Positions 11,101 to 25,100 of a DNA stretch of 64,000 bases are shown one piece after another. Below the pieces are notes generated by a model. It searched no databases. It saw only the letters and a list, made by a program, of their open reading frames with translations, and had not been told where the DNA came from. Made by a program: the position numbers and the translations under genes. The first letter of the stretch is position 1. The number at the start of each line of letters is the position of its first letter. Source of the DNA: the human T2T-CHM13v2.0 reference genome, Homo sapiens; the NCBI RefSeq assembly GCF_009914755.1, contig NC_060935.1. One strand, given 5' to 3'.

Positions 11101-14100
11101 GTGATCATTGGATTGAACTAACAGAGCTGAACATTTCTTTAGATGGAGCAGTTTCCAAACCCACTTTCTGTAGAATCTGCAAGTGGATATTTGGACTTCT
11201 CTGAGGATTTCGTTGGAAACGGGATAAACTTCCCAGAACTACACGGAAGCATTGAGAGAAACTTCTTTGTGATGTTTGCATTCAACTCACAGAGTTGAAC
11301 CTTGCTTTCATAGTTCAGCTTTCAAACACTCTTTTTGTAGAATCTGCAAGTGGATATTTGGACCACTTTGTGGCCTTCCTTCGAAACGGGTATATCTTCA
11401 CATCAAACCTAGACAGAAGCATTCTCAGAATGTTTCCTGTGATGACTGCATTCAACTCACAGAGGTGAACAATCCTGCTGATGGAGCAGTTTTGAAACTC
11501 TCTTTCTTTGGATTCTGCAAGTGGATATGTGGACCTCTGTGAAGATTTCGTTGGAAACGGGTTCATCTTCACAGAAAAACTAAACAGAAGCATTCTCAGA
11601 AACTGCTTTGTGATGTTTGTGTTCCACTTCAGGAATTGAACTTTCCTCTTGACAGAGCAGCTCTGAAACCCTCTTATTCTAGAATCTGCAAGTGGACATT
11701 TGGAGGGCTTTGAGGCCTGTGGTGGAAAAGGAAAATCTTCACATAAAAACTAGATGGAAGCATTCTCAGAAACTACTTTGTGATGATTGCATTCGACTCA
11801 CAGAGTTGAACATTCCTATAGATAGAGCAGGTTGTAAACAATCTTTTTGTAGAATCTGCGATTGGAGATTTGGACTGCTTTGAGGCCTACTGTAGTAAAG
11901 GAAATAACTTCATCTAAAAACCAAACGGAAGCATTCACAGACAATTCTTAGTGATCATTGCATTGAACTAACAGAGCTGAACATTCCTTTAGATGGAGCA
12001 GTTTCCAAACACACTTTCTGTAGAACCTGCAAGTGGATATTTGGACCTCTCTGAGGATTTCGTTGGAAACGGGATAAACTTCCCAGAACTACACGAAAGC
12101 ATTGTGAGAAACTTCTTTGTGATGTTTGCATTCAACTCACAGAGTTGAACCTTGCTTTCATAGTTCAGCTTTCAAACACTCTTTTTGTAGAATCTGCAAG
12201 TGGATATTTGGACCACTTTGTGGCCTTCCTTCGAAACGGGTATATCTTCACATCAAACCTAGACAGAAGCATTCTCAGAATGTTTCCTGTGATGACTGCA
12301 TTCAACTCACAGAGGTGAACAATCCTGCTGATGGAGCAGTTTTGAAACTCTCTTTCTTTGGATTCTGCAAGTGGATATGTGGACCTCTGGAGAAGATTTC
12401 GTTGGAAACGGGTTCATCTTCACAGAAAAACTAAACAGAAGCATTCTCAGAAACTGCTTTGTGATGTTTGTGTTCCACTTCAGGAATTGAACTTTCCTCT
12501 TGACAGAGCAGCTCTGAAACCCTCTTATTCTAGAATCTGCAAGTGGACATTTGGAGGGCTTTGAGGCCTGTGGTGGAAAAGGAAAATCTTCACATAAAAA
12601 CTAGATGGAAGCATTCTCAGAAACTACTTTGTAATGATTGCATTCGACTCACAGAGTTGAACATTCCTATAGATAGAGCAGGTTGTAAACAATCTTTTTG
12701 TAGAATCTGCGATTGGAGATTTGGACTGCTTTGAGGCCTACTGTAGTAAAGGAAATAACTTCATCTAAAAACCAAACGGAAGCATTCACAGACAATTCTT
12801 AGTGATCATTGCATTGAACTAACAGAGCTAAACATTCCTTTAAATGGAGCAGTTTCCAAACACACTTTCTGTAGAACCTGCAAGTGGATATTTGGACCTC
12901 TCTGAGGATTTCGTTGGAAACGGGATAAACTTCCCAGAACTACACGGAAGCATTGTGAGAAACTTCTTTGTGATGTTTGCATTCAACTCACAGAGTTGAA
13001 CCTTGCTTTCATAGTTCAGCTTTCAAACACTCTTTTTGTAGAATCTGCAAGTGGATATTTGGACCACTTTGTGGCCTTCCTTCGAAACGGGTATATCTTC
13101 ACATCAAACCTAGACAGAAGCATTCTCAGAATGTTTCCTGTGATGACTGCATTCATCTCACAGAGGTGAACAATCCTGCTGATGGAGCAGTTTTGAAACT
13201 CTCTTTCTTTGGATTCTGCAAGTGGATATGTGGACCTCTGTGAAGATTTCGTTGGAAACGGGTTCATCTTCACAGAAAAACTAAACAGAAACATTCTCAG
13301 AAACTGCTTTGTGATGTTTGTGTTCCACTTCAGGAATTGAACTTTCCTCTTGACAGAGCAGCTCTGAAACCCTCTTATTCTAGAATCTGCAAGTGGACAT
13401 TTGGAGGGCTTTGAGGCCTGTGGTGGAAAAGGAAAATCTTCACATAAAAACTAGATGGAAGCATTCTCAGAAACTACTTTGTGATGATTGCATTCGACTC
13501 ACAGAGTTGAACATTCCTATAGATAGAGCAGGTTGTAAACAATCTTTTTGTAGAATCTGCGATTGGAGATTTGGACTGCTTTGAGGCCTACTGTAGTAAA
13601 GGAAATAACTTCATCTAAAAACCAAACGGAAGCATTCACAGACAATTCTTAGTGATCATTGGATTGAACTAACAGAGCTGAACATTCCTTTAGATGGCGC
13701 AGTTTCCAAACACACTTTCTGTAGAATCTGCAAGTGGATATTTGGACTTCTCTGAGGATTTCGTTGGAAAAGGGATAAACTTCCCAGAACTACACGGAAG
13801 CATTGTGAGAAACTTCTTTGTGATGTTTGCATTCAACTCACAGAGTTGAACCTTGCTTTCATAGTTCAGCTTTCAAACACTCTTTTTGTAGAATCTGCAA
13901 GTGGATATTTGGACCACTTTGTGGCCTTCCTTCGAAACGGGTATATCTTCACATCAAACCTAGACAGAAGCATTCTCAGAATGTTTCCTGTGATGACTGC
14001 ATTCAACTCACAGAGGTGTACAATCCTGCTGATGGAGCAGTTTTGAAACTCTCTTTCTTTGGATTCTGCAAGTGGATATGTGGAGCTCTGTGAAGATTTC

Positions 14101-17100
14101 GTTGGAAACGGGTTCATCTTCACAGAAAAACTAAACAGGAGCATTCTCAGAAACTGCTTTGTGATGTTTGTGTTCCACTTCAAGAATTGAACTTTCCTCT
14201 TGACAGAGCAGCTCTGAAACCCTCTTATTCTAGAATCTGCAAGTGGACATTTGGAGGGCTTTGAGGCCTGTGGTGGAAAAGGAAAATCTTCACATAAAAA
14301 CTAGATGGAAGCATTCTCAGAAACTACTTTGTGATGATTGCATTCGACTCACAGAGTTGAACATTCCTATAGATAGAGCAGGTTGTAAACAATCTTTTTG
14401 TACAATCTGCGATTGGAGATTTGGACTGCTTTGAGGCCTACTGTAGTAAAGGAAATAACTTCATCTAAAAACCAAACGGAAGCATTCACAGACAATTCTT
14501 AGTGATCATTGCATTGAACTAACAGAGCTGAACATTCCTTTAGATGGAGCAGTTTCCAAACACACTTTCTGTAGAACCTGCAAGTGGATATTTGGACCTC
14601 TCTGAGGATTTCGTTGGAAAAGGGATAAACTTCCCAGAACTACACGGAAGCATTGTGAGAAACTTCTTTGTGATGTTTGCATTCAACTCACAGAGTTGAA
14701 CCTTGCTTTCATAGTTCAGCTTTCAAACACTCTTTTTGTAGAATCTGCAAGTGGATATTTGGACCACTTTGTGGCCTTCCTTCGAAACGGGTATATCTTC
14801 ACATCAAACCTAGACAGAAGCATTCTCAGAATGTTTCCTGTGATGACTGCATTCAACTCACAGAGGTGAACAATCCTGCTGATGGAGCAGTTTTGAAACT
14901 CTCTTTCTTTGGATTCTGCAAGTGGATATGTGGACCTCTGTGAAGATTTCGTTGGAAACGGGTTCATCTTCACAGAAAAACTAAACAGGAGCATTCTCAG
15001 AAACTGCTTTGTGATGTTTGTGTTCCACTTCAAGAATTGAACTTTCCTCTTGACAGAGCAGCTCTGAAACCCTATTTTTCTAGAATCTGCAAGTGGACAT
15101 TTGGAGGGCTTTGAGGCCTGTGGTGGAAAAGGAAAATCTTCACATAAAAACTAGATGGAAGCATTCTCAGAAACTACTTTGTGATGATTGCATTCGACTC
15201 ACAGAGTTGAACATTCCTATAGATAGAGCAGGTTGTAAACAATCTTTTTGTAGAATCTGCGATTGGAGATTTGGACTGCTTTGAGGCCTACTGTAGTAAA
15301 GGAAATAACTTCATCTAAAAACCAAACGGAAGCATTCACAGACAATTCTTAGTGATCATTGCATTGAACTAACAGAGCTGAACATTCCTTTAGATGGAGC
15401 AGTTTCCAAACACACTTTCTGTAGAACCTGCAAGTGGATATTTGGACCTCTCTGAGGATTTCGTTGGAAACGGGATAAACTTCCCAGAACTACACGAAAG
15501 CATTGTGAGAAACTTCTTTGTGATGTTTGCATTCAACTCACAGAGTTGAACCTTGCTTTCATAGTTCAGCTTTCAAACACTCTTTTTGTAGAATCTGCAA
15601 GTGGATATTTGGACCACTTTGTGGCCTTCCTTCGAAACGGGTATATCTTCACATCAAACCTAGACAGAAGCATTCTCAGAATGTTTCCTGTGATGACTGC
15701 ATTCAACTCACAGAGGTGAACAATCCTGCTGATGGAGCAGTTTTGAAACTCTCTTTCTTTGTATTCTGCAAGTGGATATGTGGACCTCTGGAGAAGATTT
15801 CGTTGGAAACGGGTTCATCTTCACAGAAAAACTAAACAGAAGCATTCTCAGAAACTGCTTTGTGATGTTTGTGTTCCACTTCAAGAATTGAACTTTCCTC
15901 TTGACAGAGCAGCTCTGAAACCCTCTTATTCTAGAATCTGCAAGTGGACATTTGGAGGGCTTTGAGGCCTGTGGTGGAAAAGGAAAATCTTCACATAAAA
16001 ACTAGATGGAAGCATTCTCAGAAACTACTTTGTAATGATTGCATTCGACTCACAGAGTTGAACATTCCTATAGATAGAGCAGGTTGTAAACAATCTTTTT
16101 GTAGAATCTGCGATTGGAGATTTGGACTGCTTTGAGGCCTACTGTAGTAAAGGAAATAACTTCATCTAAAAACCAAACGGAAGCATTCACAGACAATTCT
16201 TAGTGATCATTGCATTGAACTAACAGAGCTAAACATTCCTTTAGATGGAGCAGTTTCCAAACACACTTTCTGTAGAACCTGCAAGTGGATATTTGGACCT
16301 CTCTGAGGATTTCGTTGGAAACGGGATAAACTTCCCAGAACTACACGGAAGCATTGTGAGAAACTTCTTTGTGATGTTTGCATTCAACTCACAGAGTTGA
16401 ACCTTGCTTTCATAGTTCAGCTTTCAAACACTCTTTTTGTAGAATCTGCAAGTGGATATTTGGACCACTTTGTGGCCTTCCTTCGAAACGGGTATATCTT
16501 CACATCAAACCTAGACAGAAGCATTCTCAGAATGTTTCCTGTGATGACTGCATTCATCTCACAGAGGTGAACAATCCTGCTGATGGAGCAGTTTTGAAAC
16601 TCTCTTTCTTTGGATTCTGCAAGTGGATATGTGGACCTCTGTGAAGATTTCGTTGGAAACGGGTTCATCTTCACAGAAAAACTAAACAGAAACATTCTCA
16701 GAAACTGCTTTGTGATGTTTGTGTTCCACTTCAGGAATTGAACTTTCCTCTTGACAGAGCAGCTCTGAAACCCTCTTATTCTAGAATCTGCAAGTGGACA
16801 TTTGGAGGGCTTTGAGGCCTGTGGTGGAAAAGGAAAATCTTCACATAAAAACTAGATGGAAGCATTCTCAGAAACTACTTTGTGATGATTGCATTCGACT
16901 CACAGAGTTGAACATTCCTATAGATAGAGCAGGTTGTAAACAATCTTTTTGTAGAATCTGCGATTGGAGATTTGGACTGCTTTGAGGCCTACTGTAGTAA
17001 AGGAAATAACTTCATCTAAAAACCAAACGGAAGCATTCACAGACAATTCTTAGTGATCATTGGATTGAACTAACAGAGCTGAACATTCCTTTAGATGGCG

Positions 17101-20100
17101 CAGTTTCCAAACACACTTTCTGTAGAATCTGCAAGTGGATATTTGGACTTCTCTGAGGATTTCGTTGGAAAAGGGATAAACTTCCCAGAACTACACGGAA
17201 GCATTGTGAGAAACTTCTTTGTGATGTTTGCATTCAACTCACAGAGTTGAACCTTGCTTTCCTAGTTCAGCTTTCAAACACTCTTTTTGTAGAATCTGCA
17301 AGTGGATATTTGGACCACTTTGTGGCCTTCCTTCGAAACGGGTATATCTTCACATCAAACCTAGACAGAAGCATTCTCAGAATGTTTCCTGTGATGACTG
17401 CATTCAACTCACAGAGGTGTACAATCCTGCTGATGGAGCAGTTTTGAAACTCTCTTTCTTTGGATTCTGCAAGTGGATATGTGGAGCTCTGTGAAGATTT
17501 CGTTGGAAACGGGTTCATCTTCACAGAAAAACTAAACAGGAGCATTCTCAGAAACTGCTTTGTGATGTTTGTGTTCCACTTCAAGAATTGAACTTTCCTC
17601 TTGACAGAGCAGCTCTGAAACCCTCTTATTCTAGAATCTGCAAGTGGACATTTGGAGGGCTTTGAGGCCTGTGGTGGAAAAGGAAAATCTTCACATAAAA
17701 ACTAGATGGAAGCATTCTCAGAAACTACTTTGTGATGATTGCATTCGACTCACAGAGTTGAACATTCCTATAGATAGAGCAGGTTGTAAACAATCTTTTT
17801 GTACAATCTGCGATTGGAGATTTGGACTGCTTTGAGGCCTACTGTAGTAAAGGAAATAACTTCATCTAAAAACCAAACGGAAGCATTCACAGACAATTCT
17901 TAGTGATCATTGCATTGAACTAACAGAGCTGAACATTCCTTTAGATGGAGCAGTTTCCAAACACACTTTCTGTAGAACCTGCAAGTGGATATTTGGACCT
18001 CTCTGAGGATTTCGTTGGAAACGGGATAAACTTCCCAGAACTACACGGAAGCATTGTGAGAAACTTCTTTGTGATGTTTGCATTCAACTCACAGAGTTGA
18101 ACCTTGCTTTCATAGTTCAGCTTTCAAACACTCTTTTTGGAGAATCTGCAAGTGGATATTTGGACCACTTTATGGCCTTCCTTCGAAACGGGTATATCTT
18201 CACATCAAACCTAGACAGAAGCATTCTCAGAATGTTTCCTGTGATGACTGCATTCAACTCACAGAGGTGAACAATCCTACTGATGGAGCAGTTTTGAAAC
18301 TCTCTTTCTTTGGATTCTGCAAGTGGATATGTGGACCTCTGTGAAGATTTCGTTGGAAACGGGTTCATCTTCACAGAAAAACTAAACAGAAGCATTCTCA
18401 GAAACTGCTTTGTGATGTTTGTGTTCCACTTCAGGAATTGAACTTTCCTCTTGACAGAGCAGCTCTGAAACCCTCTTATTCTAGAATCTGCAAGTGGACA
18501 TTTGGAGGGCTTTGAGGCCTGTGGTGGAAAAGGAAAATCTTCACATAAAAACTAGATGGAAGCATTCTCAGAAACTACTTTGTGATGATTGCATTCGACT
18601 CACAGAGTTGAACATTCCTATAGATAGAGCAGGTTGTAAACAATCTTTTTGTAGAATCTGCGATTGGAGATTTGGACTGCTTTGAGGCCTACTGTAGTAA
18701 AGGAAATAACTTCATCTAAAAACGAAACGGAAGCATTCACAGACAATTCTTAGTGATCATTGCATTGAACTAACAGAGCTGAACATTCCTTTAGATGGAG
18801 CAGTTTCCAAACACACTTTCTGTAGAACCTGCAAGTGGTTATTTGGACCTCTCTGAGGATTTCGTTGGAAACGGGATAAACTTCCCAGAACTACACGGAA
18901 GCATTGTGAGAAACTTCTTTGTGATGTTTGCATTCAACTCACAGAGTTGAACCTTGCTTTCATAGTTCAGCTTTCAAACACTCTTTTTGTAGAATCTGCA
19001 AGTGGATATTTGGACCACTTTGTGGCCTTCCTTCGAAACGGGTATATCTTCACATCAAACCTAGACAGAAGCATTCTCAGAATGTTTCCTGTGATGACTG
19101 CATTCAACTCACAGAGGTGAACAATCCTGCTGATGGAGCAGTTTTGAAACTCTCTTTCTTTGGATTCTGCAAGTGGATATGTGGACCTCTGTGAAGATTT
19201 CGTTGGAAACGGGTTCATCTTCACAGAAAAACTAAACAGAAGCATTCTCAGAAACTGCTTTGTGATGTTTGTGTTCCACTTCAGGAATTGAACTTTCCTC
19301 TTGACAGAGCAGCTCTGAAACCCTCTTATTCTAGAATCTGCAAGTGGACATTTGGAGGGCTTTGAGGCCTGTGGTGGAAAAGGAAAATCTTCACATAAAA
19401 ACTAGATGGAAGCATTCTCAGAAACTACTTTGTGATAATTGCATTCGACTCACAGAGTTGAACATTCCTAGAGATAGAGCAGGTTGTAAACAATCTTTTT
19501 GTAGAATCTGCGATTGGAGATTCGGACTGCTTTGAGGCCTACTGTAGTAAAGGAAATAACTTCATCTAAAAACCAAACGGAAGCATTCACAGACAATTCT
19601 TAGTGATCATTGCATTGAACTAACAGAGCTGAACATTCCTTTAGATGGAGCAGTTTCCAAACACACTTTCTGTAGAACCTGCAAGTGGATATTTGGACCT
19701 CTCTGAGGATTTCGTTGGAAACGGGATAAACTTCCCAGAACTACACGGAAGCATGCTGAGAAACTTCTTTGTGATGTTTGCATTCAACTCACAGAGTTGA
19801 ACCTTGCTTTCATAGTTCAGCTTTCAAACACTCTTTTTGTAGAATCTGCAAGTGGATATTTGGACCACTTTGTGGCCTTCCTTCGAAACGGGTATATCTT
19901 CACATCAAACCTAGACAGAAGCATTCTCAGAATGTTTCCTGTGATGACTGCATTCAACTCACAGAGGTGAACAATCCTGCTGATGGAGCAGTTTTGAAAC
20001 TCTCTTTCTTTGGATTCTGCAAGTGGATATGTGGACCTCTGTGAAGATTTCGTTGGAAACGGGTTCATCTTCACAGAAAAACTAAACAGAAGCATTCTCA

Positions 20101-22133
20101 GAAACTGCTTTGTGATGTTTGTGTTCCACTTCAGGAATTGAACTTTCCTCTTGACAGAGCAGCTCTGAAACCCTCTTATTCTAGAATCTGCAAGTGGACA
20201 TTTGGAGGGCTTTGAGGCCTGTGGTGGAAAAGGAAAATCTTCACATAAAAACTAGATGGAAGCATTCTCAGAAACTACTTTGTGATAATTGCATTCGACT
20301 CACAGAGTTGAACATTCCTATAGATAGAGCAGGTTGTAAACAATCTTTTTGTAGAATCTGCGATTGGAGATTCGGACTGCTTTGAGGCCTACTGTAGTAA
20401 AGGAAATAACTTCATCTAAAAACCAAACGGAAGCATTCACAGACAATTCTTAGTGATCATTGCATTGAACTAACAGAGCTGAACATTCCTTTAGATGGAG
20501 CAGTTTCCAAACACACTTTCTGTAGAACCTGCAAGTGGATATTTGGACCTCTCTGAGGATTTCGTTGGAAACGGGATAAACTTCCCAGAACTACACGGAA
20601 GCATGCTGAGAAACTTCTTTGTGATGTTTGCATTCAACTCACAGAGTTGAACCTTGCTTTCATAGTTCAGCTTTCAAACACTCTTTTTGTAGCATCTGCA
20701 AGTGGATATTTGGACCACTTTGTGGCCTTCCTTCGAAACGGGTATCTCTTCACATCAAACCTAGACAGAAGCATTCTCAGAATGTTTCCTGTGATGACTG
20801 CATTCAACTCACAGAGGTGAACAATCCTGCTGATGGAGCAGTGTTGAAACTCTCTTTCTTTGGATTCTGCAAGTGGATATGTGGACCTCTGTGAAGATTT
20901 CGTTGGAAACGGGTTCATCTTCACAGAAAAACTAAACAGGAGCATTCTCAGAAACTGCTTTGTGATGTTTGTGTTCCACTTCAAGAATTGAAATTTCCTC
21001 TTGACAGAGCAGCTCTGAAACCCTCTTTTTCTAGAATCTGCAAGTGGACATTTGGAGGGCTTTGAGGCCTGTGGTGGAAAAGGAAAATCTTCACATAAAA
21101 ACTTTATGGAAGCATTCTCAGAAACTACTTTGTGATGATTGCATTCGACTCACAGAGTTGAACATTCCTATAGATAGAGCAGGTTGTAAACAATCTTTTT
21201 GTAGAATCTGCGATTGGAGATTTGGACTGCTTTGTGGCCTACTGTAGTAAAGGAAATAACTTCATCTAAAAACCAAACGGAAGCATTCACAGACAATTCT
21301 TAGTGATCATTGGATTGAACTAACAGAGCTGAACATTTCTTTAGATGGAGCAGTTTCCAAACCCACTTTCTGTAGAATCTGCAAGTGGATATTTGGACCT
21401 CTCTGAGGATTTCGTTGGAAACGGGATAAACTTCCCAGAACTACACGGAAGCATTGAGAGAAACTTCTTTGTGATGTTTGCATTCAACTCACAGAGTTGA
21501 ACCTTGCTTTCATAGTTCAGCTTTCAAACACTCTTTTTGTAGAATCTGCAAGTGGATATTTGGACCACTTTGTGGCCTTCCTTCGAAACGGGTATATCTT
21601 CACATCAAACCTAGACAGAAGCATTCTCAGAATGTTTCCTGTGAAGACTGCATTCAACTCACAGAGATGAACAATCCTGTTGATGGAGCACTTTGGAAAC
21701 TCTCTTTCTTTGGATTCTGCAAGTGGATATGTGGACCTCTGTGAAGATTTCGTTGGAAACGGGTTCATCTTCACAGAAAAACTAAACACAAGCATTCTCA
21801 AAAACTACTTTGTGATATTTGTGTTCCACTTCAAGAATTGAACTTTCCTCTTGACAGAGCAGCTCTGAAACCCTCTTTTTCTAGAATCTGCAAGTGGACA
21901 TTTGGAGGGCTTTGAGGCCTGTGGTGGAAATGGAAAATCTTCACATAAAAACTAGATGGAAGCATTCTCAGAAACTACTTTGTGATGATTGCATTCGACT
22001 CACAGAGTAGAACATTCCTATAGATAGAGCAGGTTGTAAACAATCTTTTTGTAGAATCTGCGATTGGAGATTCGGACTGCTTTGAGGCCTACTGTAGTAA
22101 AGGAAATAACTTCATCTAAAAACCAAACGGAAG
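5131..22133 (+). repeat. Nested multi-HOR block duplications (HOR7-10 = HOR15-18; HOR19-21 a third partial copy; HOR11-14 related to HOR22-26)
   Basis: The same ordered variant sets recur at offsets 6801, 3401 and 9352: the 851-bp unit, then the TTCATCTC unit, then the GTGTAC/GAGCTC/GTACAA unit, then the CTATTTTT unit; also the TTATGG/CTACTG unit followed by the GGTTAT/CTAGAG unit. Confidence 0.88.
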
Positions 22134-25100
22134 CATACACAGACAATTCTTAGTGATCATTGCATTGAACTAACAGAGCTGAACATTCCTTTAGATGGCG
22201 CAGTTTCCAAACACACTTTCTGTAGAATCTGCAAGTGGATATTTGGACCTCTCTGAGGATTTCGTTGGAAACGGGATAAACTTCCCAGAACTACACGGAA
22301 GCATTGTGAGAAACTTCTTTGTGATGTTTGCATTCAACTCACAGAGTTGAACCTTGCTTTCATAGTTCAGCTTTCAAACACTCTTTTTGTAGAATCTGCA
22401 AGTGGATATTTGGACCACTTTGTGGCCTTCCTTCGAAACGGGTATATCTTCACATCAAACCTAGACAGAAGCATTCTCAGAATGTTTCCTGTGAAGACTG
22501 CATTCAACTCACAGAGATGAACAACCCTGTTTATGGAGCACTTTGGAAACTCTCTTTCTTTGGATTCTGCAAGAGGATATGTGGACCTCTGTGAAGATTT
22601 CGTTGGAAACGGGTTCATCTTCACAGAAAAACTAAACAGAAGCATTCTCAAAAACTACTTTGTGATATTTGTGTTCCACTTCAAGAATTGAACTTTCCTC
22701 TTGACAGAGCAGCTCTGAAAACCTCTTTTTCTAGAATCTGCAAGTGGACATTTGGAGGGCTTTGAGGCCTGTGGTGGAAAAGGAAAATCTTCACATAAAA
22801 ACTAGATGGAAGCATTCTCAGAAACTACTTTGTGATGATTGCATTCGACTCACAGAGTAGAACATTCCTATAGATAGAGCAGGTTGTAAACAATCTTTTT
22901 GTAGAATCTGCGATTGGAGATTCGGACTGCTTTGAGGCCTACTGTAGTAAAGGAAATAACTTCATCTAAAAACCAAACGGAAGCATTCACAGACAATTCT
23001 TAGTGATCATTGCATTGAACTAACAGAGCTGAACATTCCTTTAGATGGCGCAGTTTCCAAACACACTTTCTGTAGAATCTGCAAGTGGATATTTGGACCT
23101 CTCTGAGGATTTCGTTGGAAACGGGATAAACTTCCCAGAACTACACGGAAGCATTGTGAGAAACTTCTTTGTGATGTTTGCATTCAACTCACAGAGTTGA
23201 ACCTTGCTTTCATAGTTCAGCTTTCAAACACTCTTTTTGTAGAATCTGCAAGTGGATATTTGGACCACTTTGTGGCCTTCCTTCGAAACGGGTATATCTT
23301 CACATCAAACCTAGACAGAAGCATTCTCAGAATGTTTCCTGTGATGACTGCATTCAACTCACAGAGGTGAACAATCCTGCTGATGGAGCAGTTTTGAAAC
23401 TCTCTTTCTTTGGATTCTGCAAGTGGATATGTGGACCTCTGTGAAGATTTCGTTGGAAACGGGTTCATCTTCACAGAAAAACTAAACAGGAGCATTCTCA
23501 GAAACTGCTTTGTGATGTTTGTGTTCCACTTCAGGAATTGAACTTTCCTCTTGACAGAGCAGCTCTGAAACCCTCTTATTCTAGAATCTGCAAGTGGACA
23601 TTTGGAGGGCTTTGAGGCCTGTGGTGGAAAAGGAAAATCTTCACATAAAAACTAGATGGAAGCATTCTCAGAAACTACTTTGTGATGATTGCATTCGACT
23701 CACAGAGTTGAACATTCCTATAGATAGAGCAGGTTGTAAACAATCTTTTTGTAGAATCTGCGATTGGAGATTTGGACTGCTTTGAGGCCTACTGTAGTAA
23801 AGGAAATAACTTCATCTAAAAACCAAACGGAAGCATTCACAGACAATTCTTAGTGATCATTGGATTGAACTAACAGAGCTGAACATTCCTTTAGATGGAG
23901 CAGTTTCCAAACCAACTTTCTGTAGAATCTGCAAGTGGATATTTGGACTTCTCTGAGGATTTCGTTGGAAACGGGATAAACTTCCCAGAACTACAGGGAA
24001 GCATTGTGAGAAACTTCTTTGTGATGTTTGCATTAAACTCACAGAGTTGAACCTTGCTTTCATAGTTCAGCTTTCAAACACTCTTTTTGTAGAATCTGCA
24101 AGTGGATATTTGGACCACTTTGTGGCCTTCCTTCGAAACGGGTATATCTTCACATCAAACCTAGACAGAAGCATTCTCAGAATGTTTCCTGTGAAGACTG
24201 CATTCAACTCACAGAGATGAACAATCCTGTTGATGGAGCACTTTGGAAACTCTCTTTCTTTGGATTCTGCAAGTTGATATGTGGACCTCTGTGAAGATTT
24301 CGTTGGAAACGGGTTCATCTTCACAGAAAAACTAAACAGGAGCATTCTCAGAAACTGCTTTGTGATGTTTGTGTTCCACTTCAGGAATTGAACTTTCCTC
24401 TTGACAGAGGAGCTCTGAAACCCTCTTATTCTAGAATCTGCAAGTGGACATTTGGAGGGCTTTGAGGCCTGTGGTGGAAAAGGAAAATCTTCACATAAAA
24501 ACTAGATGGAAGCATTCTCAGAAACTACTTTGTGATGATTGCATTCGACTCACAGAGTTGAACATTCCTATAGATAGAGCAGGTTGTAAACAATCTTTTT
24601 GTAGAATCTGCGATTGGAGATTTGGACTGCTTTGAGGCCTACTGTAGTAAAGGAAATAACTTCATCTAAAAACCAAACGGAAGCATTCACAGACAATTCT
24701 TAGTGATCATTGGATTGAACTAACAGAGCTGAACATTCCTTTAGATGGAGCAGTTTCCAAACCCACTTTCTGTAGAATCTGCAAGTGGATATTTGGACTT
24801 CTCTGAGGATTTCGTTGGAAACGGGATAAACTTCCCAGAACTACACGGAAGCATTGTGAGAAACTTCTTTGTGATGTTTGCATTCAACTCACAGAGTTGA
24901 TCCTAGCTTTCATAGTTCAGCTTTCAAACACTCTTTTTGTAGAATCTGCAAGTGGATATTTGGACCACTTTGTGGCCTTCCTTCGAAACGGGTATATCTT
25001 CACATCAAACCTAGACAGAAGCATTCTCAGAATGTTTCCTGTGATGACTGCATTCAACTCACAGAGGTGAACAATCCTGCTGATGGAGCAGTTTTGAAAC

